Below are positions 40,928 to 49,854 of a stretch of DNA of 64,000 bases, piece after piece (the stretch's first letter is position 1; each line of letters starts with the position of its first letter). The translations under genes and the position numbers were made by a program. Origin of the DNA: Candidatus Dormiibacterota bacterium (GTDB lineage: Bacteria > Chloroflexota > Dormibacteria > Dormibacterales > Dormibacteraceae); NCBI GenBank assembly GCA_039935415.1, contig JBDTKH010000032.1, positions 44,830 through 108,829 of the forward strand, given 5' to 3'. Below the pieces are notes generated by a model. It ran no database searches and was not told where the DNA came from. It was given only the letters and a program-made list of their open reading frames with translations.

Positions 40928-42394
40928 CTACTGAGTGACCAGAAGCGACAGCCGAGCGGCCAGCACCGCATCGTCCAACTGGCCGACCTGCGTGCCGGCG
41001 ATGGTTCCGTCGGCGCGGACAAAAATGGTCATGGGAAGGGCGATGGCGCCGTAGGCGCGCCCCACGCTGAGGTCGAAGTCGAGGAGGGACGGCTCATGAA
41101 TCCCAACGGAGGCGAGGAAGTCACGCGCTTGCTGCCGGCTGTCACCCTCGTCGACGAGCACGAGCTGCACCCCGGATCCAGGTCCCGCCCGCTTCTGCAA
41201 GAGCGGCATCTCTGCCCGGCACGGCGGGCAGTAGCTGGCCCAAAAGTTGATCACGACCGGACTTCCTGCAAGGTCGGCGAGGCTCACCTTCTTCCCGTCG
41301 ATCCCGCTCAGCGCGAAATCAGGCGCCTTGCCCCCACTGCCTACTACCGCCGGCTGCGGCCCGGCGATCGTGAGCAGAGCCTTCAGGACGTCGGGTGCGC
41401 CCCAGCCGTCGCCGCCCGACGCGAGATCGCGCAGGCCCTGCGCGCTCAGGGTCCCGATCAGCGCCGGCGGTATTGCGCTGCCCACGTCGGGCACTCCCCG
41501 GTAGACGAGGCGGACGTACCCATGGCGGTCGACCAGCGCCAGTGTGGAAACGTGGACGTCTCCAGTCGCGAGCTCCACGCCGAACGGCTTCCAGAAGGTG
41601 GTGAGCGCGGCCGCGCTGCCGGTGGCGAACGTCCACCTCGCGCCGATGCTGTTCGCGTAGCCCGCGAGAACGGCCGGCGAGTCGGTTCCGGGGTCGGTCG
41701 TCACCTCGGCCAGCGTGACCCCGGGCGGCAGGTGCTGCTGGATCTGAAAGAACAGCGCTGTGTAGAGCGGGCACGTCTCGTGGCAGGAGGTATGGAACGC
41801 CGCGATGACCAGGTCCTTACCTGCCGTGGTCGTCAGGTTGAAATCATGCCCGGCCTGGTCCTGCAGGTCGAACGGTGGCATCGCAACGAACTTGCCCGCC
41901 AGCTCACCCCGCCCCAGGTTTAGATCGTCGTTCCCGGCGTACGCCGCGCCAGGGATCAGACGGCCCGCATCGATCCCGAGCAGGAGCGGCTCCACCTGGC
42001 CCACGGTGACCGTGATCGAGACGTCCTGGACGTCAGTCCCGAGGCGAATGGCGTCGTACACGCCGGTCGTCACCGAGAGGTCCAGCACCTCCCGCTCGTC
42101 CGGCGCTGCCGGCACTGACCCGGACACCTTCCCCAGCGCGACCCACCCGCCGCTGCCGTGGATCGTCAGCGCCGACTGCGCGACGGTTCCCGCAGTCTTC
42201 CCGGACACGGCGACGACGAGCGTCCCCGTCGAGGGCTGCTGGAACCGCGGCGCGATCAGGACCGACCCCATCGCCAGCACCGCGACGCCGGCCGCGCCGG
42301 CCCAAAGGACCCGTGGAGTCAGCAGCTCTGTGCTGCTCCGGCTGGTGGCGCGCCGCCGTACCTGGCCGCGACCCTGTCGATATACGTGGCGCAC
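40928..42394 (-). CDS. Membrane-anchored fusion protein: N-terminal domain + Sco1/SenC copper chaperone + TlpA/ResA-like thioredoxin
   Basis: Sco1 motif AAFHTSCHETCP with downstream HVSTLALVDRHG. Thioredoxin motif NFWASYCPPCRAEMP. An alternative CTG start at 42322 forms a CTGA overlap with the PLD stop. Confidence 0.8.
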   Translation of the reverse strand: MRHVYRQGRGQVRRRATSRSSTELLTPRVLWAGAAGVAVLAMGSVLIAPRFQQPSTGTLVVAVSGKTAGTVAQSALTIHGSGGWVALGKVSGSVPAAPDEREVLDLSVTTGVYDAIRLGTDVQDVSITVTVGQVEPLLLGIDAGRLIPGAAYAGNDDLNLGRGELAGKFVAMPPFDLQDQAGHDFNLTTTAGKDLVIAAFHTSCHETCPLYTALFFQIQQHLPPGVTLAEVTTDPGTDSPAVLAGYANSIGARWTFATGSAAALTTFWKPFGVELATGDVHVSTLALVDRHGYVRLVYRGVPDVGSAIPPALIGTLSAQGLRDLASGGDGWGAPDVLKALLTIAGPQPAVVGSGGKAPDFALSGIDGKKVSLADLAGSPVVINFWASYCPPCRAEMPLLQKRAGPGSGVQLVLVDEGDSRQQARDFLASVGIHEPSLLDFDLSVGRAYGAIALPMTIFVRADGTIAGTQVGQLDDAVLAARLSLLVTQ

Positions 42395-43416
42395 AACTCA
42401 GCGATGGCGGGGCTGCCGAACTGCATGACGTTCTCCGCGTTCATCTCACCACTGTGCGACAGGTTGAAGCTTCCCGCATACACGTAGTCGTCGGCGACCA
42501 GGATCTTCGCGTGCATGAAATCGTGCACAGAGCCCTTGGCGTAGGGCGTTGAGCGCTTGGCCCCGAACTTGACCGCGGCGATGATGCCGTGAAACGCCGT
42601 GATCTTCCACGCCGAGCCGGCCTGCGTCGACCACTGGTGCTGGACCTCGTCCATCTGCGTCGCATCGTACACACCGGCAATGTCGATGCCCGGGTGGGCG
42701 ACGACCTCGGCGAGCGTGCCCAGGATCGGTCCTGAGGTGATGACGGGTGAGCAGATGCGGATGCGCTTTCGCGCCGACGAAATCGACCTCGCCATTGCGT
42801 GCACCAGCTTCAAAGAGCGCCCCGGGCAGAAGTACGGTCGCACCTGGGTTCCGTCGGACAGGGACGACCACGGTGATGAGATGCGGCCCGAAGTCGCCAC
42901 GACCGGGCGCTGCCAGAGCTCCTCGAAGTTCAGCGTGTAGTCGTGCGCGATCTCGGCCGACGCGATGGTGAACATGACGTTCTCCTCGCGAGTCCAGGAG
43001 TCGTTGGTCCAGTTTGTCGAGCCGGTGAGCAGGCTCGCTGCCGGGGTGCCAACATCGCGCACGACGTACTTGTGGTGCATCAGGTCGGGAACCCCGGAGA
43101 TGGGCTTGATCTGGACGCCGATCGACTTCAGCTTGTCGACGAATGTCCAGTCGATCTCGGGAGGCGGCGGGACCGGAATTGCCTGGGCATGGTCCTGGTT
43201 GAACATCAGGCGCACGGCGACGCCGCGTTTTACCGCCGCTTCGAACGCGGCGAAGACGGTCTGGCCCGGACCCGCATCGAGCCGGAGGTCGTAGATCGCG
43301 ATGTCGAGCGTCTTCGTCGCGCCGTCGAGGAAGGAAGCGAGCCGGACCGCGACCGCGTCGGCCGCCTGGCCGCCGTCGGTGAGGAAGAAGAAGTCGAGCG
43401 GTGGCGCCGTGGCTAT
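42319..43416 (-). CDS. Phospholipase D-family protein with two HKD motifs
   Basis: HHKYVVRD and HAKILVADD motifs. No ATG/GTG/TTG between the LOG stop and the conserved N-terminus. Tentative ATA start 43416 (ATAG overlap). The rest of the 769-aa track ORF is a frame shadow. Confidence 0.7.
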   Translation of the reverse strand: MATAPPLDFFFLTDGGQAADAVAVRLASFLDGATKTLDIAIYDLRLDAGPGQTVFAAFEAAVKRGVAVRLMFNQDHAQAIPVPPPPEIDWTFVDKLKSIGVQIKPISGVPDLMHHKYVVRDVGTPAASLLTGSTNWTNDSWTREENVMFTIASAEIAHDYTLNFEELWQRPVVATSGRISSPWSSLSDGTQVRPYFCPGRSLKLVHAMARSISSARKRIRICSPVITSGPILGTLAEVVAHPGIDIAGVYDATQMDEVQHQWSTQAGSAWKITAFHGIIAAVKFGAKRSTPYAKGSVHDFMHAKILVADDYVYAGSFNLSHSGEMNAENVMQFGSPAIAELCATYIDRVAARYGGAPPAGAAQSC

Positions 43417-44183
43417 CGCGCACCTGCCTTTGGCTTGCCGGGCTCCACGCGCGGCTCCAGCACCTTCGCCGGCAGTGGTTTGGTCGCCATCGCCGCCGCC
43501 TCTTCGGGGTCGTCCGTGAAGCTGAGCAAGTTCAGATCGCCGGGCGAGATGGCTCCCGCCTCGAGCACGACGTCCTTCATCCAGTCGATCAGGCCTTTCC
43601 AGTAGCTGGTGCCGAACAGTACGATCGGGAAGTGCTCGATCTTGCCGGTCTGCGCCAGGGTCAAGGACTCGAACAGCTCGTCCAGCGTGCCCAGGCCGCC
43701 TGGAAAGATGACGAACCCGCGTGCGTACTTGACGAACATGTTCTTGCGCACGAAGAAGTAGCGGAACTCGACGCCAAGATCGACGTACTTGTTCAGCGAC
43801 TGCTCTTGCGGCAGCTCGATGTTGCAGCCGACCGACAGCCCGCCCGCGTCGTGGCAGCCTTTGTTGACGGCCTCCATGATTCCGGGACCGCCGCCGGTGA
43901 TGACCGCGAAGCCGCGCCGGGCGAGCGACGCGCCCAGCGCCACCCCGGCCTTGTAGTAAGGGTCGCGCCGCGACGCCCGCGCGGAACCGAACACAGTCAC
44001 GGCGGGCCCAACCTCGCCGAGCGCGTCGAAGCCCTCCACGAACTCGGACAGGATGCGCAGCACGCGCCACGGGTCCGCATGGTGGCTGAGCTCCTCGATC
44101 GCGTTGCGCTCCAGCAGCGCCTTGTCCGCCGGGGCCTGCTCGGAGGGAACGACAAGTCGGCCGGCTCGGCGGCGGTCGGTCAT
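43413..44183 (-). CDS. LOG-family (TIGR00730) nucleotide 5'-monophosphate nucleosidase
   Basis: 256 aa, PGGLGTLDELFE and GGGPGIMEA motifs. Confidence 0.85.
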   Translation of the reverse strand: MTDRRRAGRLVVPSEQAPADKALLERNAIEELSHHADPWRVLRILSEFVEGFDALGEVGPAVTVFGSARASRRDPYYKAGVALGASLARRGFAVITGGGPGIMEAVNKGCHDAGGLSVGCNIELPQEQSLNKYVDLGVEFRYFFVRKNMFVKYARGFVIFPGGLGTLDELFESLTLAQTGKIEHFPIVLFGTSYWKGLIDWMKDVVLEAGAISPGDLNLLSFTDDPEEAAAMATKPLPAKVLEPRVEPGKPKAGAR

Positions 44184-44188
44184 CGAGC

Positions 44189-44770
44189 TCAGGCCTCGGT
44201 GGTGGCTTCGGGCGACGGTTCGGGGGTCGTCGACTCGGTGCCCCCGTTCGTGGTCGCGGCCGCGGGCGCGGCCGGCTCGACGGCGAGCGTCGGTCGCTTC
44301 GACCTGGAGGCCTTGCGCACGTCGCCGCCAGTCGCCGACATCGCGGCATCGAGCTCCGGCGCGGGCAGCGCCGGCGCGGGCGACTCGACATCTGGTTCTG
44401 TGGTGGTCGGTTTGCGAGGGAGCTTCGAGGACGACTGGTCGGGCATCTCCAGGACGTGGTCCAGGTGGGCCCGCAGCGAGGCGACCTCCGCCTCGAGCTC
44501 ATGGACCAAGCGGCGGTGGCGCATGTGCTCGGTGAAGTGATGAAAGTTGTCGGTCCAGTGATAGACGGTGCCCACCACCAGCACGAGGACGATGGGGACC
44601 ACCGCCACCGTCCACAGGGGCACGCCATCGACGTGGAAGACGGACCAGCGGACGTCGACAGTGCTCAGGTTGCTGTAGCCGAAGATGGTCACCGCGGCGC
44701 CGATGGCAAGGCCTACGAGGAGCGAGCTCGCCAGCAGGAAGCGCTGCCAGAGGTGGTTCAAATCGGGCAC
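44189..44770 (-). CDS. LapA/DUF1049-like membrane protein with coiled-coil and disordered tail
   Basis: Two TM helices flanking VDVRWSVFHVDGVPLW, then LVHELEAEVASLRAHL. Confidence 0.55.
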   Translation of the reverse strand: MPDLNHLWQRFLLASSLLVGLAIGAAVTIFGYSNLSTVDVRWSVFHVDGVPLWTVAVVPIVLVLVVGTVYHWTDNFHHFTEHMRHRRLVHELEAEVASLRAHLDHVLEMPDQSSSKLPRKPTTTEPDVESPAPALPAPELDAAMSATGGDVRKASRSKRPTLAVEPAAPAAATTNGGTESTTPEPSPEATTEA

Positions 44771-45624
44771 CGGCCGAAGGTTACCCGGTTTGCGGGAGGT
44801 TTCGGCGCCTTAGATCGGCTTCCAGGCGATCTCCGGGCATTCGTTTCAGGCCGCAGCCAGGCGTGCAGTTGCTGCGCCTCCTGCTCGACCGCGCGCCGGT
44901 TCCTGACCGAGAGCGGCGCAAATGGCGTGAGGGTGATCGTGGCGCGACCCCTGAGCGGCGCCTCCCAGGCTCCGGCCACCATCCCGTCGACCGTGAAGGT
45001 GGGCAGCACGTCGCCGTTTTTCCGGATCACCGTCTTGCGAAGGGCCTCGGGAAGGACCCGCTCGCGCCGGTCGTAGGCCAGCAGGAGGTTGTCCCATTTC
45101 GGCAGGAACCGCACCGGCGCGGCCGTGGCCGCGACACTGAACGCGACCCAGTCCGGCAAGTCGTCCGGAATGCGGTGCCGGAACGCCTTTTCGAGCTCGG
45201 GTTTCTTGAGCGGATGAACGTCCAGCGCCGCGAGCATCTCCTCGCGCAGCGACTCCACGTCGATACCGCGCTCGGCCAGCTGACGCGGGCCCTTCGACCA
45301 GACGTGGCGCGGAAACCTAGAGGCGATGCGGTAGAGGTCAAACTGTCGAGCGCTGACCAGGTGGAGCGTGCCGCGCATGAGCGTGGCTTTGAAGACGAGC
45401 TGCGCCGCAAGGGCCGCCTCGAGCTCCGATCGCTTGAAGTCGCGCAGGCGGGTCCACAGGCCGATGTAGGGCGATGGCGAGTACTGCGCCTGCATGCCGG
45501 CGAGCCGCTCGATGGCCGACACCGCGTCAAGGTCGGCCCGCTCGAGCAGCAGTTGGCGCGCGAGTGTCCACCGATTGAGCTGACGGAGCGAAACGGTCGA
45601 GCCGCCCGGCCGGCTAGCTGTGAT
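44758..45624 (-). CDS. Winged-helix AlkZ-like (HTH_42/DUF1006) protein
   Basis: LRQLNRWTLARQLLLER..MQAQYSPSPYIGLWTRL..ATLMRGTLHLV. No canonical start near the conserved N-terminus. Tentative ATC at 45624. The track ORF extends to 45783, overlapping the DDN gene. Confidence 0.65.
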   Translation of the reverse strand: MTASRPGGSTVSLRQLNRWTLARQLLLERADLDAVSAIERLAGMQAQYSPSPYIGLWTRLRDFKRSELEAALAAQLVFKATLMRGTLHLVSARQFDLYRIASRFPRHVWSKGPRQLAERGIDVESLREEMLAALDVHPLKKPELEKAFRHRIPDDLPDWVAFSVAATAAPVRFLPKWDNLLLAYDRRERVLPEALRKTVIRKNGDVLPTFTVDGMVAGAWEAPLRGRATITLTPFAPLSVRNRRAVEQEAQQLHAWLRPETNARRSPGSRSKAPKPPANRVTFGRCPI

Positions 45625-46042
45625 CGAGCCTCTCCAGCACGATGACCGGGATCTTGCGCGAGGTCTTCTGACGGTACTCGTGGAACTGCGGGTTGGTGTC
45701 CGCGTGCTGGTTGTACAGGCGCTCGTACTCCGCGCCGTCCGGGACATGGGCCCGCGCCTTGAACCTTTCGCCGCCCAGCTCAACGGTGACTTCCGGGTGC
45801 GCCACGACGTTGTGGTACCAGGACGGGTGAGTCGGAGCGCCGCCCTTGGAGGCGACGATCACGTAGTGCTTGCCGTCCCGCGTGTAGACCAGCGGGTTCT
45901 CGCGCACCTCGCCCGACTTGGCGCCTTTGGTGGTGAGGATCAGCACGTCGCGGCCCTTGAAAGGTCCGGACGACGCCTGGCCGCGGTTCGCGCGGAGGTC
46001 CTCGATCAGTCCTCGGTTGAAGTCTCCAAATGAAGTGCTCAT
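45614..46042 (-). CDS. Deazaflavin (F420)-dependent nitroreductase-family oxidoreductase (DDN/PF04075-like)
   Basis: ATG 46042. FNRGLIEDLRAN..LILTTKGAKSGEVRENPLVY..ASKGGAPTHPSWYHN pattern. Confidence 0.8.
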   Translation of the reverse strand: MSTSFGDFNRGLIEDLRANRGQASSGPFKGRDVLILTTKGAKSGEVRENPLVYTRDGKHYVIVASKGGAPTHPSWYHNVVAHPEVTVELGGERFKARAHVPDGAEYERLYNQHADTNPQFHEYRQKTSRKIPVIVLERLDHS

Positions 46043-46168
46043 GTGAGATTGATACCACTCGGGGCGGCTTGACCATTCCAGTCGTCCGGACAGCCATCCG
46101 AACGCAGGGGTTGGCAAGACCCGTTCTGCGGGCGACAAAGGAGTGGTCGTACCGGTACAACCACGCTG

Positions 46169-48331
46169 ATGGCCCTTGCTCGAGTTACGTCGAATGGAGC
46201 ATCCAGCCTGCGTCGCGGACCCGCCCCCAGGTCCTGGTTGATCGGCGCGGGCGCGCAGCGGCCGAGCATGATGCTCGCCGTGTTCGCGGTGCTGACCCTT
46301 GCGCCGTTGCTAGCGCTTGCCTATTTCAGCATCCAGATCGCCAGCCGGTCGGCCACCTCCGCCGCCCGGTCGCGGCTGGTTGCCACGACCAGCGTCGGAG
46401 CGGCGTACGTGCAGCAGCAGATCGCCGGTCTGGCCAACGTGGTGCGCCTGGAGGCTCGTCAACCGGCACTGATAGACGCCGCTGCAGACGGCAACTACTC
46501 GAACTACCGGTTGGCCGAGATGTTCCCGCCCCTGACCGACTTGCAGCAAGCCTCGCCCGGCATTCAGTTCGCCGCAATCAGCGATCCGACAAGCCGCCAG
46601 CGGATCGTCGTCCCGGAAAGCCCCACGATCCTCGGCGTCGACTTCACCTACCGCGATTGGTACGTCGGGGTCATTCGCACCCACGCCACCTACGTCTCGG
46701 AGGCTTACCGGACGGACCTTCCCGGAAACCCACTCGTGGTCGCCGTGGCCTCGCCGATTCTTGGCGCAAGCGGCCAGACGCTGGCGATCCTGCTGGTCGG
46801 ATACCGGCTCGACGGCATACAGGCACTTGTGTCCCGGCTTGCCACCTCGCAAGGCATCGCCCTGACCGTGACCGACCAGGCCGGTACCGTGGTCGCGCGG
46901 CCCGGCGACGCCCCGGTCGCGTTGGTCTCGACCAATGACCCCGGGGTGGCGGCGGCGCTGGGTGGGCAGAGCTCGATCCTTCAAGTAAGCGGCGGCAACG
47001 TGGCGTACCTGCGGGCTTACGCACCCGTTGCCGACATCGGCTGGACGATCTCGGCGAGCATTCCACTGAGCGCGGCGCTGGCCGGCGTCTACCAGCTTCA
47101 AGGCTTCGTGTGGGTGGTCACCGCCCTGCTCGCCCTGATCTCGATCGCCGGCCTGGTCTGGTTGGGCAGGTTACTTCGCCAGCGCCGCCTGGACGCGGCG
47201 GCCCTCGCCACGTCCGAGTCTGTCGCAATGAAGGCGCGCGTCACCGCCGGCGGCGTCGTTGCGCTGAACCGCGCAAAAGACGAGTTGATGTCGACGGTCA
47301 GCCACGAGCTGAGGACCCCGCTCGCCAGCCTGGTCGGCTTCACCGAGCTGCTGGTCACCCGCCGCTACCCGCAGGCCGAGCAGAAGCAGTACCTGACCAC
47401 CATGCTCGAGGAGGGCCGGCGCCTGACGTCCTTGATCAACGACTTCCTCGACCTGAAGAGGATGGAAAGCGGAAAGAGTCCGCTGGTGCTGGCGCCGTTA
47501 GACCTCAAGGCGCTGATCGTTCGCGCCGTCGCGGCGTCGGGTCCGAGCGAAACCACGCCGATCGTGGTCGACATCTCACAGGAGCTGCCGTTGGTCCGGG
47601 CCGACGCCGACACCATCACGCAGGTCCTCAGCAACGTCCTGTCGAACGCCCGAAAGTACTCACCCGCCGGGGGAGCCATCGGGGTCAAGGCGCGTGTGGT
47701 CGACAACTCTGTCGAGGTGACAATCCAGGACTCCGGCCTGGGCATACCGCCAGAGGTGCGTCACCGCCTGTTCGAGACGTTCTTCCGCGTCGACAACTCG
47801 GACCGCAGGCAGATCAGCGGCACCGGACTGGGGCTGGCCATCTGCAAGCGGATCATCCAGAGCCACGGAGGCACCGTCTCGATCGACTCGGCCGGCCTTG
47901 GCATGGGCTCATGCGTCACCTTCACGCTGCCGATCGCCCGCGAGGGGGCGAAGTCGGGCGACGTGCTGCTCGTGGAGGATGACGCGGGATTCGCCCAGCT
48001 CCTCGAGGCCGAGCTGGCGACGCAGGGTCTCAGCGCAGTGTGGGCCGCCGACGCAGAGACGGCGGAAAGGATCATGGAGCAGATGGACGCGCGGGCCGTC
48101 GTCCTGGACCTCATCCTGCCAGGCAAGCAGGGTCCGGAGTTTCTCACATGGCTGAGGCGTGGTCGGGGAACGGGACTGCCGGTCGTCGTCGTGACGGTGA
48201 AGAGCCTCTCGACCAAGGAGATCCAGGCCTTTCAGCAAGTGGGCGTGGAGGCCGTCCTCGGCAAGCAACACGGAGGAGCAAAGAAGGCAGCGGACCTCAT
48301 CGCGCAAGCCCTGGCGGCAGCGGTCAAATGA
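46169..48331 (+). CDS. Hybrid sensor histidine kinase (extracytoplasmic Cache-like domain, HisKA, HATPase_c, receiver)
   Basis: H-box SHELRTPL, G-box GTGLGLAICKRI, C-terminal receiver VLLVEDD...DLILPG. Probable start is ATG 46268. Confidence 0.85.
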   Translation: MALARVTSNGASSLRRGPAPRSWLIGAGAQRPSMMLAVFAVLTLAPLLALAYFSIQIASRSATSAARSRLVATTSVGAAYVQQQIAGLANVVRLEARQPALIDAAADGNYSNYRLAEMFPPLTDLQQASPGIQFAAISDPTSRQRIVVPESPTILGVDFTYRDWYVGVIRTHATYVSEAYRTDLPGNPLVVAVASPILGASGQTLAILLVGYRLDGIQALVSRLATSQGIALTVTDQAGTVVARPGDAPVALVSTNDPGVAAALGGQSSILQVSGGNVAYLRAYAPVADIGWTISASIPLSAALAGVYQLQGFVWVVTALLALISIAGLVWLGRLLRQRRLDAAALATSESVAMKARVTAGGVVALNRAKDELMSTVSHELRTPLASLVGFTELLVTRRYPQAEQKQYLTTMLEEGRRLTSLINDFLDLKRMESGKSPLVLAPLDLKALIVRAVAASGPSETTPIVVDISQELPLVRADADTITQVLSNVLSNARKYSPAGGAIGVKARVVDNSVEVTIQDSGLGIPPEVRHRLFETFFRVDNSDRRQISGTGLGLAICKRIIQSHGGTVSIDSAGLGMGSCVTFTLPIAREGAKSGDVLLVEDDAGFAQLLEAELATQGLSAVWAADAETAERIMEQMDARAVVLDLILPGKQGPEFLTWLRRGRGTGLPVVVVTVKSLSTKEIQAFQQVGVEAVLGKQHGGAKKAADLIAQALAAAVK

Positions 48332-48436
48332 CCTGGGGATAGGCCGGCTAACCCTTACCTGAGCGTGCGAGATGCGCTCATCAACGCTGGGTCAGCGCAT
48401 CGCGTGGAAGGATTGCCACTTACCCAGATCAAAACT

Positions 48437-48813
48437 TGGTGGAGGCGGCGGGAGTTGAACCCGCGTCCGAAGCAGCGTCCCCCGGGATCTCTACGAGCGT
48501 GTCCAGGATTTTGGTCCTCGCCTGGCGGCTCCTCCTGACGGGATCCGCTTCAGCCAGCCGCGGTGAATGTCCTGGCTCAGGGCCGTGGCGCCCCCGGGCC
48601 AGCGATCCGGTCTATGTGATACCGCTCCCCAGTCCGCCGGATTGACCGGGGGCAGCACCCGGGATCTAAGTCCCGGGACTCACGTCTCTACTGCTTACGC
48701 AGCGAGGGCGAAAGTGTTGGTCTTGTTGGCGTTTGTAAACGCTGCGCTGTAACGCACACGCCTTCGGCTCGCAATCCCGAAGCTCAACTGCCCCGTCGAG
48801 ACCGGACGCCCCC
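48437..48813 (-). ncRNA. ssrA: tmRNA (SsrA), tag peptide ANKTNTFALAA
   Basis: Minus strand 5' GGGGGCGUCCGGUCUCGACGGGG... and 3' ...GGACGCGGGUUCAACUCCCGCCGCCUCCACCA. Internal ORF GCC AAC AAG ACC AAC ACU UUC GCC CUC GCU GCG UAA. smpB lies nearby. Confidence 0.92.
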
Positions 48814-48884
48814 ACGAAGCTGAACCTGGTTGCCTGCTGATTCTACCCACCCGGGCCCCGCCCCACACCCCGCCGTCTGGTCTA

Positions 48885-49850
48885 ATGGATGCGGATTTCG
48901 CGATGGCGGTGACACAGAAGCACGAGCGCCTGGACCCGGACATGGAGAAGATCGCCCGGGCGGACCTGAAGCAGCTCGGCGACATCCGCATCGACGACGT
49001 CCTGTCCTTCATCGATCGCGGCATCGAGAAGATGCCGAGCTACATGGACCTCTACCGGCGCTGGGAGTCGCAGCAGTGGTCGGTCGGCGACCTCGACTTC
49101 ACTCTCGACCGCGAGGATTGGCTCCAGGCGACGGACATCGAGAAGAAGGCGACTTTGTGGTCGCACCGCCTGTTCTTCAACGGCGAGGAGCGGGTGACCG
49201 CGACGCTTGCGCCATTCGTCTGGGCGTCACCGACCCCCGAGATCGAGATCTTCCTGTCGACCCAGATGGTCGACGAGGCGCGGCACACGGTCTTCTTCCA
49301 GCGCTGGTGGCATGACGTCGTAGGCACGGATGCGACCGACCTCAGCACGCTCCTTGCGGAAATCCGGCCCAAGGCCAACGAGGGCTACAACAAGCTCTTT
49401 TATGACCTCTTGCCCGCAACAGCTCAGCGCCTTGCCAGCAACCCGAAAGACTTCGACGCATTCGTCGAGGGCGTGACGATGTACCACATCGTGATCGAGG
49501 CCACGATCGCGCTCACCGGCCAGCGCTTCGAGCTCGAATCGATGCGCGAGCAAGGCCTGACCGAGCGCGGCTTCTATCGCGGCTTCACCGCCGTCGCTCG
49601 CGACGAGTCACGGCACGTCAGCTTCGGGATCAAGGTCCTCCAGGAAGCAATACGCAAGGATCCGGAACGGTACGCCCCCCTGGTCCAGAAGACGCTTATC
49701 GAGTGCCTCCCGCTGATCACGGGGGTCCTGGATCCGCCCGACCCTCGCTACATCACCGAATTCGGCCACACCGAGAGCGAGATCCTGCAGTTCGCGTTCG
49801 ACTCGCTGAACAAGCGCTTGCGGGCGATCGGCATCAACCTGGCCGCCTGA
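48885..49850 (+). CDS. Ribonucleotide reductase small-subunit-like ferritin-fold di-metal protein (R2-like, orphan)
   Basis: Di-metal ligand motifs EERV, DEARH, IEAT, DESRH in R2 spacing. No adjacent large subunit. Confidence 0.65.
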   Translation: MDADFAMAVTQKHERLDPDMEKIARADLKQLGDIRIDDVLSFIDRGIEKMPSYMDLYRRWESQQWSVGDLDFTLDREDWLQATDIEKKATLWSHRLFFNGEERVTATLAPFVWASPTPEIEIFLSTQMVDEARHTVFFQRWWHDVVGTDATDLSTLLAEIRPKANEGYNKLFYDLLPATAQRLASNPKDFDAFVEGVTMYHIVIEATIALTGQRFELESMREQGLTERGFYRGFTAVARDESRHVSFGIKVLQEAIRKDPERYAPLVQKTLIECLPLITGVLDPPDPRYITEFGHTESEILQFAFDSLNKRLRAIGINLAA

Positions 49851-49854
49851 GCCG

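Noticed and set aside
43417-44628. Upstream ~400 codons of the 769-aa track ORF 42319..44628
   Set aside because: It overlaps the LOG and LapA-like genes in another frame and has Arg/Pro/Ala-rich shadow composition. PLD homology starts only after the LOG stop.
48437-48520. tRNA-like acceptor/T-arm with CCA, considered as a tRNA-Ala gene
   Set aside because: It is the 3' tRNA-like domain of tmRNA. The matching 5' acceptor strand is 370 nt away at 48813, and a tag ORF lies between them.
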